A stretch of 64,000 nucleotides of DNA from Neocallimastix sp. 'constans' (taxonomy: Eukaryota): assembly GCA_050613775.1 (NCBI GenBank), contig JBODTK010000149.1, positions 186,001 to 250,000 on the forward strand, given 5' to 3'. Shown one piece after another: positions 40,967 to 50,590 of this stretch (position 1 is the first letter of the stretch; the number at the start of each line of letters is the position of its first letter). Under the pieces are notes generated by a model, which was given only the letters and a program-made list of their open reading frames with translations, was not told where the DNA came from and ran no database searches. The translations under genes were made by a program, and so were the position numbers.

Positions 40967-41375
40967 TTTATTTTAGATTAAAAGTTTTATTTTTTAATTT
41001 TTTTGTTTTAATCTATATTTTTTATCTTATATTTTTATTTTTATTTTTTTTATTTTTTATTTTATTTTATTATTTATTTTTTTTTATTTTTATTTTACTT
41101 TATTATTTATTTTTTTTTATTTTTATTTTACTTTATTATTTATTTTTTTTTTTATTTTTATTTTACTTTATTATTTATTTTTTTTTTTATTTTTATTTTA
41201 CTTTATTATTTATTTTTTTTTTATTTTTATTTTACTTTATTATTTATTTTTTTTTATTTTTATTTTACTTTATTATTAAAAATTTAACCCTATCCTATTC
41301 ATTTATTTTTATAAGCCACATTGTAATACATGAATAAATGATTATACATAAATTATTTCGAAATGCAATACTCCC
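38998..41375 (-). mobile_element. Mutator-like (MULE) DNA transposon, full length but decayed
   Basis: Imperfect TIRs GGATGTGAAGCATTTCGACATAATTTATGTATAATCA / revcomp GGGAGTATTGCATTTCGAAATAATTTATGTATAATCA. Perfect 9-bp TSD ATATATTAT (38989-38997 and 41376-41384). Subterminal ~37-bp tandem repeats at 41060-41277. Confidence 0.9.
39474..40831 (-). pseudogene. MULE transposase, frameshifted
   Basis: Starts MDDQLEISETNKEKNQIIVNKKYKFN. MULE motifs DGTFYIAP, HCDF, CVWHY (CxxH) and ITNNAS. Split over several frames (ORFs 39697-40353 and 39474-39671). Confidence 0.85.
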
Positions 41376-41449
41376 ATATATTATTATTTTTATTTTTATT
41401 TTTATTTTTTTTGATTAAAGTGAGCCATTGTAATTTCCGAGTTTGATGA

Positions 41450-41494
<45 letters not shown>

Positions 41495-41595
41495 TCTTTT
41501 TATTAAAATTAAATATATATATATATATATATTATATTTAATTTATTTTTTATTTATTTTGTTTTTTTATATATATATTATTCAATATAATAAAT

Positions 41596-41602
41596 AAAAA
41601 AA
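41596..41602 (-). terminator. Pol III oligo-T terminator of tRNA-Ile
   Basis: T7 run on the minus strand 7 nt after the tRNA 3' end. Confidence 0.75.
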
Positions 41603-41609
41603 TTAACTT

Positions 41610-41702
41610 TGCTCATGGCGGGGGTCGAACCCGCGATCTTCGCGTTGCATAAGAGGATCACCCTTATAAGCACGACGCCTTAAACCTCTAGGCTACACGA
41701 GC
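41610..41702 (-). tRNA. tRNA-Ile(UAU) with 19-nt intron
   Basis: GCTCGTGTAGCCTAGAGGTTTAAGGCGTCGTGCT-TAT-A[AGGGTGATCCTCTTATGCA]ACGCGAAGATCGCGGGTTCGACCCCCGCCATGAGCA. Cloverleaf closes, A and B boxes present, intron at canonical 37/38. Confidence 0.95.
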
Positions 41703-43046
41703 ACCAACGCTGCAAAATTGTAAGAAATTACTTATAAAATTAATTATAAATAATTTCTTAACTACAATGTTAAAAAGTAAACAGGTTGAATTTAACGAGG
41801 AATCAGGTTGATATATCTATATAATATAACTATATAGATATAAGTAAATTACTAAAATAAAAGAGTTATAAAGTTAAATTTGTTAATTTAACACTTAATT
41901 AAAACTAATAATTGGTTTGATATGATAAAAATTTTTATTTATTAATAAAAATATATAGTTATATTATAATAGGTTAACTATAACCTTACAAAGGACAAAA
42001 AGATAAATTTGAATTTTCTTTTTATACTTTGTAGGTTTGAGAATATTGATAATAATAATATAAAGTTGATAATAATAATATTTAGTATAAGAATATGTTT
42101 AATATAAATAAATTATATTTTTTAATCTAATATATTAGCTAATATATATAATATAATATTAAATTTAAATATTTAATATAGTAATTAATAATTAATAATT
42201 AATTAAATCAATATAACATAAATTAATACATAAACATTAATTTATGAATCAAGGATGACATGACCAAATGATTCATGTTAATAAATATTTTATTTATTAA
42301 TAATATTTAAGTTTAATATGATATCATTAGAATCAGTAGGCCTAAGCTGGTCCTAAGATGATCAAATAACTTATAATATTATAAAATAAATAAAATTTAA
42401 AGAATAATTAATGAATTATAAATTTTTATTAATTATTTTGTTTTTAATAATTTTAATTGAAATTAATTGAAATTGAAATTTAATTCAGTTGTAATTTCGA
42501 CAACGCCCTTCCACAAAAATCGGATTCCAGACGATTTTGTGTAACGTTACATAAAGAAATTATTATATTTATAAAATTGTATATTTTAAAAAATTTTTTT
42601 TTTTTTTTTTTTTTTTGAAGTAAAAAGGTCACATGAGTCCTTTAAAGAACACATTACAAGTGGCCATTTCATGGAAATTTCGAAATTGTCAAAATTTACT
42701 GAAATTAAAATTTTGTTATAAAATTAAATATCGAGAAATATAATGGTGTGAATTTTATTAAAAATTTCGTTGAAAAAATGTAAAATTGAAATTTTGAAAT
42801 TGAAATTGAAATTTCATCTTAATTTTATGCATTAAATTGAAAATTTTTAAATATAATGAAAATTTATAATTTAATGAATATAATAATGTAAAAATAAATA
42901 AAGTATTATTAAATTTCGATTTTTTAAAAATTTTTGAAATTTTGAAATGTAAAATTTTAAATTAACTAATTTAATTTTGAAATATTATTATTTAATATAC
43001 TATTTATAGCTTAAGTATAATAATTTTTTTTTTTTTTTTTTTTTTT

Positions 43047-46000
43047 TTAATTATAAGAAAGAGAAGTGAATTTTCTATTATTCTTTAAATATTCTTGATA
43101 TATTCTTTGATTCCTTGGATTATTTTCAACTTCATAAGAAGGCACCCAATTACTTGAACTTTTATATTTGTATCTAACTCTATATTCGTAGCAGTTTTTC
43201 TTGTAGTTTGTCCTAAATCCAGAAATTTCAATAATATCATTAATGGATTCCTTGTGCGAACTTCTATTTAAAAACTTTTGCGGAGTTGGGACATAAGGTT
43301 CCAATTCAGAGATATGAAAGATTGGATGATGTTTTGGAAAAGGTGACTTTTTAAGATCAATTTTATAATTATTATTCTCTAAAACATCGATTACCTTGTA
43401 AGGTCCATATTTGCAAGGAGCGAGTTTAGAACAATCTTCAATATTTAAGGAAGGAGGTGCTTGAATCCAAACCAAGTCACCTTCTTTTATTACAGGAGGT
43501 GGCATCCTTTTCTTATCCGCATAATTTTTATATAATTCTTTAGATCTTAATAAGACATCTTTAATATGATTAAAACTTGTACTTACATTTTTAATAAATT
43601 TACTATTAGTATCAACTTGGGGTAGTAAGAAATATTCGTCCATAGATGGATGAAATCCATAGTTAATAAAGAAAGGTGTTTCTTTTGTAGATTCATTGAC
43701 TGAATTATTATAAGCGAACTCTGCAAGATAGATCCAATTAATCCAATCGTCGTGATAATAAGATCTTGAATAAGCTCTTAAATACTGTTCAATAAAGGAG
43801 TTACATCTCTCAACTTGACCAACAGTCTCATGATGATCTGTTGTAGCTAATTTGGATTTAATATTAAGTAATTTCATGAATTCTTTCCAAAGTGCACTTG
43901 TAAACTGAGGACCTCTATCTGTATACATATCATAAGGAAGGCCATGTAATTTATAAACATTATTCATAAATGCTTTGGCAGTTTGTTTTGCATCAGGAAT
44001 TTGTTTGAAAGGTATTAAGTGAATCATTTTAGAGAAACGATCCACTACAACCATTATTACCGTATATCCCTTTGAATCCGGGAGGCCACATAAAAAGTCA
44101 ACTTCTATAGATTTCCAAGGTCTATCAGGTGTTTCCAACGGTTGTAGAAAGCCATATTTCCTATGTCTATTAATTTTGTTTCTTGCACAACATTCACAGG
44201 AATTGACAAATTTTATAACATCATCTTGCATTTTGGGCCACCAAAAGTTTCTTGTAATTAATTCAAGAGTTCTTTTAATTCCAAGATGACCAGCGGAAGG
44301 CTTTTCATGATATTTAGTTAAGATTTCTAATCTTAAAATTTCAGGAATATAAATTAAATTATTATATAATATAATATTATCCTTTATTTTGAACTTATTC
44401 ATTTTCCTAAAGGGTTTATAGGACATATCATTTTTAATATTCTGTGGGCTAAAATAGAGTCTAATATCATCAGCTGTGGCATCTGTTTTTGTAGCTTCTA
44501 TAATTCTTTCTAAAAGATCGCTAACAACACCAATAAAACATGGAACTTCCTTTACATTTTTTATGTCAAGAATATTTTCGGTTTTAGTTTCTTCATTATT
44601 TTTTATATAATCTGGTCTTCTTGAAAGAGAATCAGGTTTTCCATTATTGGAACCTTGTCTATAAATTAATTCAAAATTATATTCTTGGAAGAACATATGC
44701 CATCTATGTTGCCTTTGATTACCAATTTTACCACCAAGGGTATATAATAAGTTCCTATGATCAGTATAAACAGTTACTTTGTATTTCGCACCAAGTAATA
44801 AATGTCTCCATGCCAAAAAGGCTTCTCTAATAGCTAACAACTCCTTGTCTGTAATAGTATAATTAATTTCTGCACCTTGTAAGCTTCTTGAGAAATATGC
44901 AACTGGATGTAATTTATTATTATCATCCTTTTGTGATAAAACAGCACCAAGGGCAAAGTTACTTGCATCACATTCAACAATAAATGGTTTATTATTATCC
45001 GGATGGAATAAAACTGGAGAACTGGTTAATCTTTTCTTTAATTCTGAGAATGATTCTTCACATTTGTTATTCCAATTAAATTTAATATTTTTTCTGGTTA
45101 AATTATGTAAAGGTTTTGCAATTTTTGCAAAATCTTTAACAAATCTTCTATAATAATTGCAAAGACCTAAAAACCTCTGTACGTCCTTTAAGTTATTTGG
45201 TTGAGGCCAGTCTTTAATTGATTCTATTTTCTTCGGATCGGTAGTGACACCTTGACCTGATAATACATATCCAAGGAATTCAACTTTCTCTTTATCAAAT
45301 TCGCATTTTTCTAATTTTGCATATAAGTTATTATTAATTAATGCTTGCAAAACCTCCCTAACTTGTTTATGATGTTCTTTTAAATCTTTGGAGTAGATTA
45401 AAATATCGTCTAAATAAAGAATAACACTTTTTTCTAAATATGGTCTTAGTACCGAATTAATAAACGATTGAAAAGTAGCTGGTGCGTTTTTTAAACCAAA
45501 TGGCATAACTAAGTATTCATAGTGACCATATTTAGTTCTGAAAGCTGTCTTGTATTCATCCCCTTCCTTAATACGGATTAAATTATAGGCTGAACGTAAA
45601 TCTAATTTTGTAAAATACTTTGCTCCTTTAACCTTTTCAATAATTTCATTAATAAGAGGTATGGGGTACGAGTTTCTTATAGTAACAGCGTTTAACTTCC
45701 TATAGTCTACGCATAACCGAAGTGTACCATCTTTTTTCTTTTGGAATAGAACTGGATAACCTGCAGGTGATTCAGATGGTCTAATAAATCCTTTTTTTAG
45801 GTTTTCTTTTATATATTCTTTCAAAACTTTATTTTCCTCTTCGGTTAAGGGATAGATTGGACCATAGTGAAGGGAAGCGTCCTTCTCCAGCACTATTTTG
45901 CAGTCGGTTAAACGATGTGGGGGAAGTTTATCGGCTTCGGCTTTACTAAAAACAATAAATAGATCGCGATATTGAGGCGGAATATCTTCAATATTTGGAT

Positions 46001-46949
46001 CTTCATTGTCATTTTTATTAATTTCTTTATTTGATAAGAAGGAATATATTAAAAAATTGTAATTATAGTCATTGTTTAAATTAAAATTGTTTTTTAAATA
46101 TTTATTTTGTTTTTTGAAATAATATTTATATTTATTAATAAAATAATGATTTTTATTAAAAAATTTTTTATAATTAAATTTATCACAAAATTTTGAAAAT
46201 TTATTAAGGTTAAGGTTATTAAGTTTTTTATTAAAAAATTTTTTATTATAATTAAACTTCTGATCAAATTTTTTTAAATTTTTTGAAAAATTTTTATAAT
46301 TAAATTTTTTTATTGATTTATTAAAAAGTAAATAATTTTTTAAAATTTTATTTTTCATCGACTGTAGATATAAATTGTTTTTGCAATATTTATTAGGATT
46401 TTTGTTATTTTTATTTGAAAAATAATAATTTAAGTAAGAATATAATATATTCTTATCATAATTATAGTGAATTTTGAATTTTCGCATGAATTGATTACCA
46501 AAAAGTAGATCAGTTGGTATGCAATTTGTTATTAGAAATTTTTCATTGTAATTTTTAAAATAAAATTTTTTATTCTTTTGTATTTTTATTTGAAATTTTA
46601 GCCAAACGTACTGATCTATCTTAGTAGTAGAACCAGATATACCTTTGACTGAAATTTTATTTTTTAAATTATAAATTTTTAAATTTAGTTTTTGAACTAA
46701 ATTTTTTGTAATAAAATTACAAAATGATCCAGAATCTAGCATAGATTCAGATGTAATTTTTTGGTTATTTTTAATTTTTAATTTATTATTATTAATTGGT
46801 AGTCTTGTTGGAATGTAGCAATGGAATAAAAGAAAAGTTGAAGGTAGTTTTTGGGTTGTGATGTTATCAAATGAAGGAAAGTTATAATAAATTGTTTTTA
46901 CATTTTTTGATGAATTGGACTCCGAGTGAAGTCCTTCATTTAGTTTTTT
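43047..46949 (-). CDS. pol: Pol of element B (PR-RT-RNase H-IN-chromo-like), -1 frame relative to gag
   Basis: LDSGS protease; RT LRLCVDYRKLN...YLDD; RNase H CDASNFALGAVL; integrase HHCC, DDE and GPY motifs. Frame is open from the slippery site at 46949, upstream of the annotated Met at 46742. Confidence 0.95.
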   Translation of the reverse strand, partial: KKLNEGLHSESNSSKNVKTIYYNFPSFDNITTQKLPSTFLLFHCYIPTRLPINNNKLKIKNNQKITSESMLDSGSFCNFITKNLVQKLNLKIYNLKNKISVKGISGSTTKIDQYVWLKFQIKIQKNKKFYFKNYNEKFLITNCIPTDLLFGNQFMRKFKIHYNYDKNILYSYLNYYFSNKNNKNPNKYCKNNLYLQSMKNKILKNYLLFNKSIKKFNYKNFSKNLKKFDQKFNYNKKFFNKKLNNLNLNKFSKFCDKFNYKKFFNKNHYFINKYKYYFKKQNKYLKNNFNLNNDYNYNFLIYSFLSNKEINKNDNEDPNIEDIPPQYRDLFIVFSKAEADKLPPHRLTDCKIVLEKDASLHYGPIYPLTEEENKVLKEYIKENLKKGFIRPSESPAGYPVLFQKKKDGTLRLCVDYRKLNAVTIRNSYPIPLINEIIEKVKGAKYFTKLDLRSAYNLIRIKEGDEYKTAFRTKYGHYEYLVMPFGLKNAPATFQSFINSVLRPYLEKSVILYLDDILIYSKDLKEHHKQVREVLQALINNNLYAKLEKCEFDKEKVEFLGYVLSGQGVTTDPKKIESIKDWPQPNNLKDVQRFLGLCNYYRRFVKDFAKIAKPLHNLTRKNIKFNWNNKCEESFSELKKRLTSSPVLFHPDNNKPFIVECDASNFALGAVLSQKDDNNKLHPVAYFSRSLQGAEINYTITDKELLAIREAFLAWRHLLLGAKYKVTVYTDHRNLLYTLGGKIGNQRQHRWHMFFQEYNFELIYRQGSNNGKPDSLSRRPDYIKNNEETKTENILDIKNVKEVPCFIGVVSDLLERIIEATKTDATADDIRLYFSPQNIKNDMSYKPFRKMNKFKIKDNIILYNNLIYIPEILRLEILTKYHEKPSAGHLGIKRTLELITRNFWWPKMQDDVIKFVNSCECCARNKINRHRKYGFLQPLETPDRPWKSIEVDFLCGLPDSKGYTVIMVVVDRFSKMIHLIPFKQIPDAKQTAKAFMNNVYKLHGLPYDMYTDRGPQFTSALWKEFMKLLNIKSKLATTDHHETVGQVERCNSFIEQYLRAYSRSYYHDDWINWIYLAEFAYNNSVNESTKETPFFINYGFHPSMDEYFLLPQVDTNSKFIKNVSTSFNHIKDVLLRSKELYKNYADKKRMPPPVIKEGDLVWIQAPPSLNIEDCSKLAPCKYGPYKVIDVLENNNYKIDLKKSPFPKHHPIFHISELEPYVPTPQKFLNRSSHKESINDIIEISGFRTNYKKNCYEYRVRYKYKSSSNWVPSYEVENNPRNQRIYQEYLKNNRKFTSLSYN

Positions 46950-48016
46950 GAATTATTATTATTTGTACTATTATTACTGTTATTATTAATTTTATTAAAG
47001 TTATTATTATTATGGACTTTATTATAATTATTATTATAATATTTGTTATAATTATTATTATTATATTTATTATTATTGTTGTTGTTGTTATTGTGGACAT
47101 TAGAAGGCTTTTTCTTTAAATTTTTATTACCATTAGATTTTAATTGACCTTTAGATTTCAAGGAATTTTCGTAAAGAATACATCTAGTATAAATAGTACT
47201 AAGATCAGAAGGAAATTCATCCATTTTTTCTATTTCTTCCTGGAACCTTGGGTGCAATCCATTATAAAAGAATAAAACTAAAGCTTCTTCATTCCAATTC
47301 AAACATGTTGTAAGGGTTCGAAATTCATCAATATAATCATTAATTTTCCCAAATGTGTGAGAAATTTTTGCGAGTTGGATCATGGCTAATTTCTTACTGG
47401 CAACATTATTAAAAGCTTTCCTTAATTCTTTAATCAATTCTTCTAATGTTGCTGGACTTCTATCTTTATATTTGGCATAATACCAATTACGAGCACCATC
47501 TCTTAAGCGTGACTTAACATAATTAATTTTTACATCCATAGTAGATTCACAGTTAGGATAAGTCTTAAAAGTATCTTCACAGAGCTGACAAAAGAGATCG
47601 GTTTCCTTAGTATCCCCAGTGAAAAATCCAGGTTCTGGGACTTCTTGAAGTGTATTGGGAATAGTATTCCTCATTATTACATCATTGTCTGCCTCTCTTC
47701 TTGTTGATATAGAAGCGTTATCATCTTGATTTTGAGAAGCATTAACATTAGGAATAAAATCGAATTTCTGATTTAAAATGCTGGTAATAGAAGAAAGTTG
47801 TTTTATGATATTCTTGTTATCCCTATTTAAAGTAAAAAGTTTCTTTTGAAGATCTTCATTATATTTATTAAAATCTTCTCTTGATAAGAATGTAACTTCT
47901 GCATCTTTTGCCAGTTCAGAGACAGTAATCTGAGCGTCTGTTCTTAGCTTATTTACTTCCGACATAGGAGCAAAGTCAGGATAGGAGTTTGCCCACACGT
48001 TATTATAAAGGGACAT
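46940..48016 (-). CDS. gag: Gag of element B
   Basis: 358 aa with Ty3-type capsid motifs (PEPGFFTGD...SRLRDGARNWY...INDYIDEFRTL...FYNGL); Asn-rich C-terminus, no zinc knuckle. Confidence 0.93.
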   Translation of the reverse strand: MSLYNNVWANSYPDFAPMSEVNKLRTDAQITVSELAKDAEVTFLSREDFNKYNEDLQKKLFTLNRDNKNIIKQLSSITSILNQKFDFIPNVNASQNQDDNASISTRREADNDVIMRNTIPNTLQEVPEPGFFTGDTKETDLFCQLCEDTFKTYPNCESTMDVKINYVKSRLRDGARNWYYAKYKDRSPATLEELIKELRKAFNNVASKKLAMIQLAKISHTFGKINDYIDEFRTLTTCLNWNEEALVLFFYNGLHPRFQEEIEKMDEFPSDLSTIYTRCILYENSLKSKGQLKSNGNKNLKKKPSNVHNNNNNNNNKYNNNNYNKYYNNNYNKVHNNNNFNKINNNSNNSTNNNNSKN

Positions 48017-48262
48017 ATCAAGGTGATTCTCTTTTCCAAGGTAAGGTTATTGTTAAAAAGTAAACAGGTTGAATTTAACGAGGAATCAGGTTGATATATC
48101 TATATAATATAACTATATAGATATAAGTAAATTACTAAAATAAAAGAGTTATAAAGTTAAATTTGTTAATTTAACACTTAATTAAAACTAATAATTGGTT
48201 TGATATGATAAAAATTTTTATTTATTAATAAAAATATATAGTTATATTATAATAGGTTAACT

Positions 48263-48310
48263 ATAACCTTACAAAGGACAAAAAGATAAATTTGAATTTT
48301 CTTTTTATAC
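48263..48310 (-). promoter_or_regulatory. LTR TATA box and predicted self-primer of element B
   Basis: Minus strand TATAAAAAG (48309-48301) then GTAAGGTTAT (48272-48263), complementary to the PBS at 48050-48041. Confidence 0.75.
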
Positions 48311-49191
48311 TTTGTAGGTTTGAGAATATTGATAATAATAATATAAAGTTGATAATAATAATATTTAGTATAAGAATATGTTTAATATAAATAAATTATA
48401 TTTTTTAATCTAATATATTAGCTAATATATATAATATAATATTAAATTTAAATATTTAATATAGTAATTAATAATTAATAATTAATTAAATCAATATAAC
48501 ATAAATTAATACATAAACATTAATTTATGAATCAAGGATGACATGACCAAATGATTCATGTTAATAAATATTTTATTTATTAATAATATTTAAGTTTAAT
48601 ATGATATCATTAGAATCAGTAGGCCTAAGCTGGTCCTAAGATGATCAAATAACTTATAATATTATAAAATAAATAAAATTTAAAGAATAATTAATGAATT
48701 ATAAATTTTTATTAATTATTTTGTTTTTAATAATTTTAATTGAAATTAATTGAAATTGAAATTTAATTCAGTTGTAATTTCGACATACAATGTTGAAATT
48801 ATAACTGAATTGAAATCTCAATTTCAGTTATTCACATTTCAATATACATTTAATTAATAATTAATATAAACTCTTATTTAGTATTTAAAGAATTATCTTA
48901 GGCCTAATAATTCTGAAAATATTAATAAATAAGATTTATATTAATAATTTCAATTATTTACATATGACGTCACATGTATTTATTTATATTATGTTTATAT
49001 ATATGTTTATATCATATATATTAATTACTATTTTTAATTATTCAAATTAATTATACAAATTAAATTTATTTAATTATATTAAATATTTTAAACATATCGA
49101 TATTGTTATTATTTTAATATTTTATTAATATTCATTTTACTATATTATTATTATCTTATAATTAAATACTATTATTATGTAACTTACAAAG

Positions 49192-49244
49192 TATAAAAGA
49201 AAGATGTAAAAATCTATCTTTTATGTTCTTTGTAAGGTTATTGT
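49192..49244 (+). promoter_or_regulatory. LTR TATA box and predicted transcript 5' end (self-primer) of element C
   Basis: TATAAAAG at 49192; GTAAGGTTAT at 49232-49241 is complementary to the PBS at 49480-49489. Confidence 0.75.
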
Positions 49245-49513
49245 ATTTACAATAATTATATACTAATAATTCAATAAATAAATATTTTCATAAATCCTTC
49301 AAAGAAATTATTATTTAAAATATTCTTAGATATTAAGTGTTTAAATAACTTAACTATTTATCTTATATTATTTTTATATTATTATTAATTAATTATTGTT
49401 GGATTATTGATATATAATTCAACATATTAACCTAGTAACGTTATTAATCATAAAACTATTTTATATCTTAATTTTAACAATAACCTTACCCTAGTTTTGG
49501 TTACTACTTTAAT

Positions 49514-50590
49514 ATGTCTTTTTACAATAATGTATGGGCTGACATTGCTCCAATGTCAGAAGTTAATAAATTAAGGTCTGACGCCCAAGTTACTGTATCC
49601 GAATTGGCTTCTTCTGTTAATGATAGTTTTTTATTAAAAGAAGATTTTAATGAATATAACAAGGACTTACAAAAAAAACTTTATACACTTTACAAAGATA
49701 ATAAAAATATTATTAATCAATTATCTAATTTAACGAAAATTTTAGATGAAAAGTTAAATATAAATATTGCTACAAATGATATTCCTTCTACTAGTCGAAC
49801 ACAAGAGGATAATGTATCTACCATTACTAGACGTGATGATGACAATGATGTTATTATGAGGAATGCTTTTTCAAACCGTTTACAACAAGTTCCTGAACCT
49901 GGATTTTTCTCTGGAGATACTAAAGAAACTGATCTATTCTGTCAACTTTGTGAAGATACCTTTAAAACATATCCAAATTCAGAAGCTACAGAAGATATCA
50001 AAATTAACTTTATTAAATCCCGTTTAAGAGATGGCGCTCGTAATTGGTATCTAGCTACGTACAAGGATACTAACCCAAAAACTCTTTCTGAATTGACTAC
50101 TGAATTAAGAAAAGCATTTTCCAACGTTGCAAGCAAAAAATTAGCTAAGATTCAATTAATAAAATTGAAACATAACTATGGGAAAATAAATGATTATATT
50201 GAACAATTTAGAACTCTTTCGAATGGTCTTGGATTCAGTGAAGAAGCCTTAGTTTTAATTTTCTATAATGGGTTACATTCAAAATTCCAAGAAGTAATTG
50301 AAGAAATGGAAGAATTCCCTGTTGATCTTGGTACTATTTATACTAAATGTATTTTACTTGAAAATACATTAAAAACAAAAAATCAAATAAAATCAAATAA
50401 TGGTAATTCAAAACTTTCTAGAAGCAGTAATAATAAACATTCAAAACACTTTAGTACCCATATTAATCATGATAAAAATTATAATTTTAATAACAATTAT
50501 AATAACAAAAGTAATTATAATAATAATTACAATAATAACAATTATAATAGTAATAAAACCAGTAGCAATAATAATAAAACAAAAAACTAA
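49514..50590 (+). CDS. gag: Gag of element C
   Basis: 358 aa, clearly homologous to B Gag. Confidence 0.93.
   Translation: MSFYNNVWADIAPMSEVNKLRSDAQVTVSELASSVNDSFLLKEDFNEYNKDLQKKLYTLYKDNKNIINQLSNLTKILDEKLNINIATNDIPSTSRTQEDNVSTITRRDDDNDVIMRNAFSNRLQQVPEPGFFSGDTKETDLFCQLCEDTFKTYPNSEATEDIKINFIKSRLRDGARNWYLATYKDTNPKTLSELTTELRKAFSNVASKKLAKIQLIKLKHNYGKINDYIEQFRTLSNGLGFSEEALVLIFYNGLHSKFQEVIEEMEEFPVDLGTIYTKCILLENTLKTKNQIKSNNGNSKLSRSSNNKHSKHFSTHINHDKNYNFNNNYNNKSNYNNNYNNNNYNSNKTSSNNNKTKN

Larger units (their letters stand above)
41768..48785 (-). mobile_element. Element B: intact Ty3/Gypsy (Tf1/chromovirus-like) LTR retrotransposon
   Basis: 735-bp LTRs 41768-42502 and 48051-48785 (TG...CA, identical by eye). 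TSD TACAA. PPT GGAAGGGCGT next to the 3' LTR. Gag and pol intact. Confidence 0.97.
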
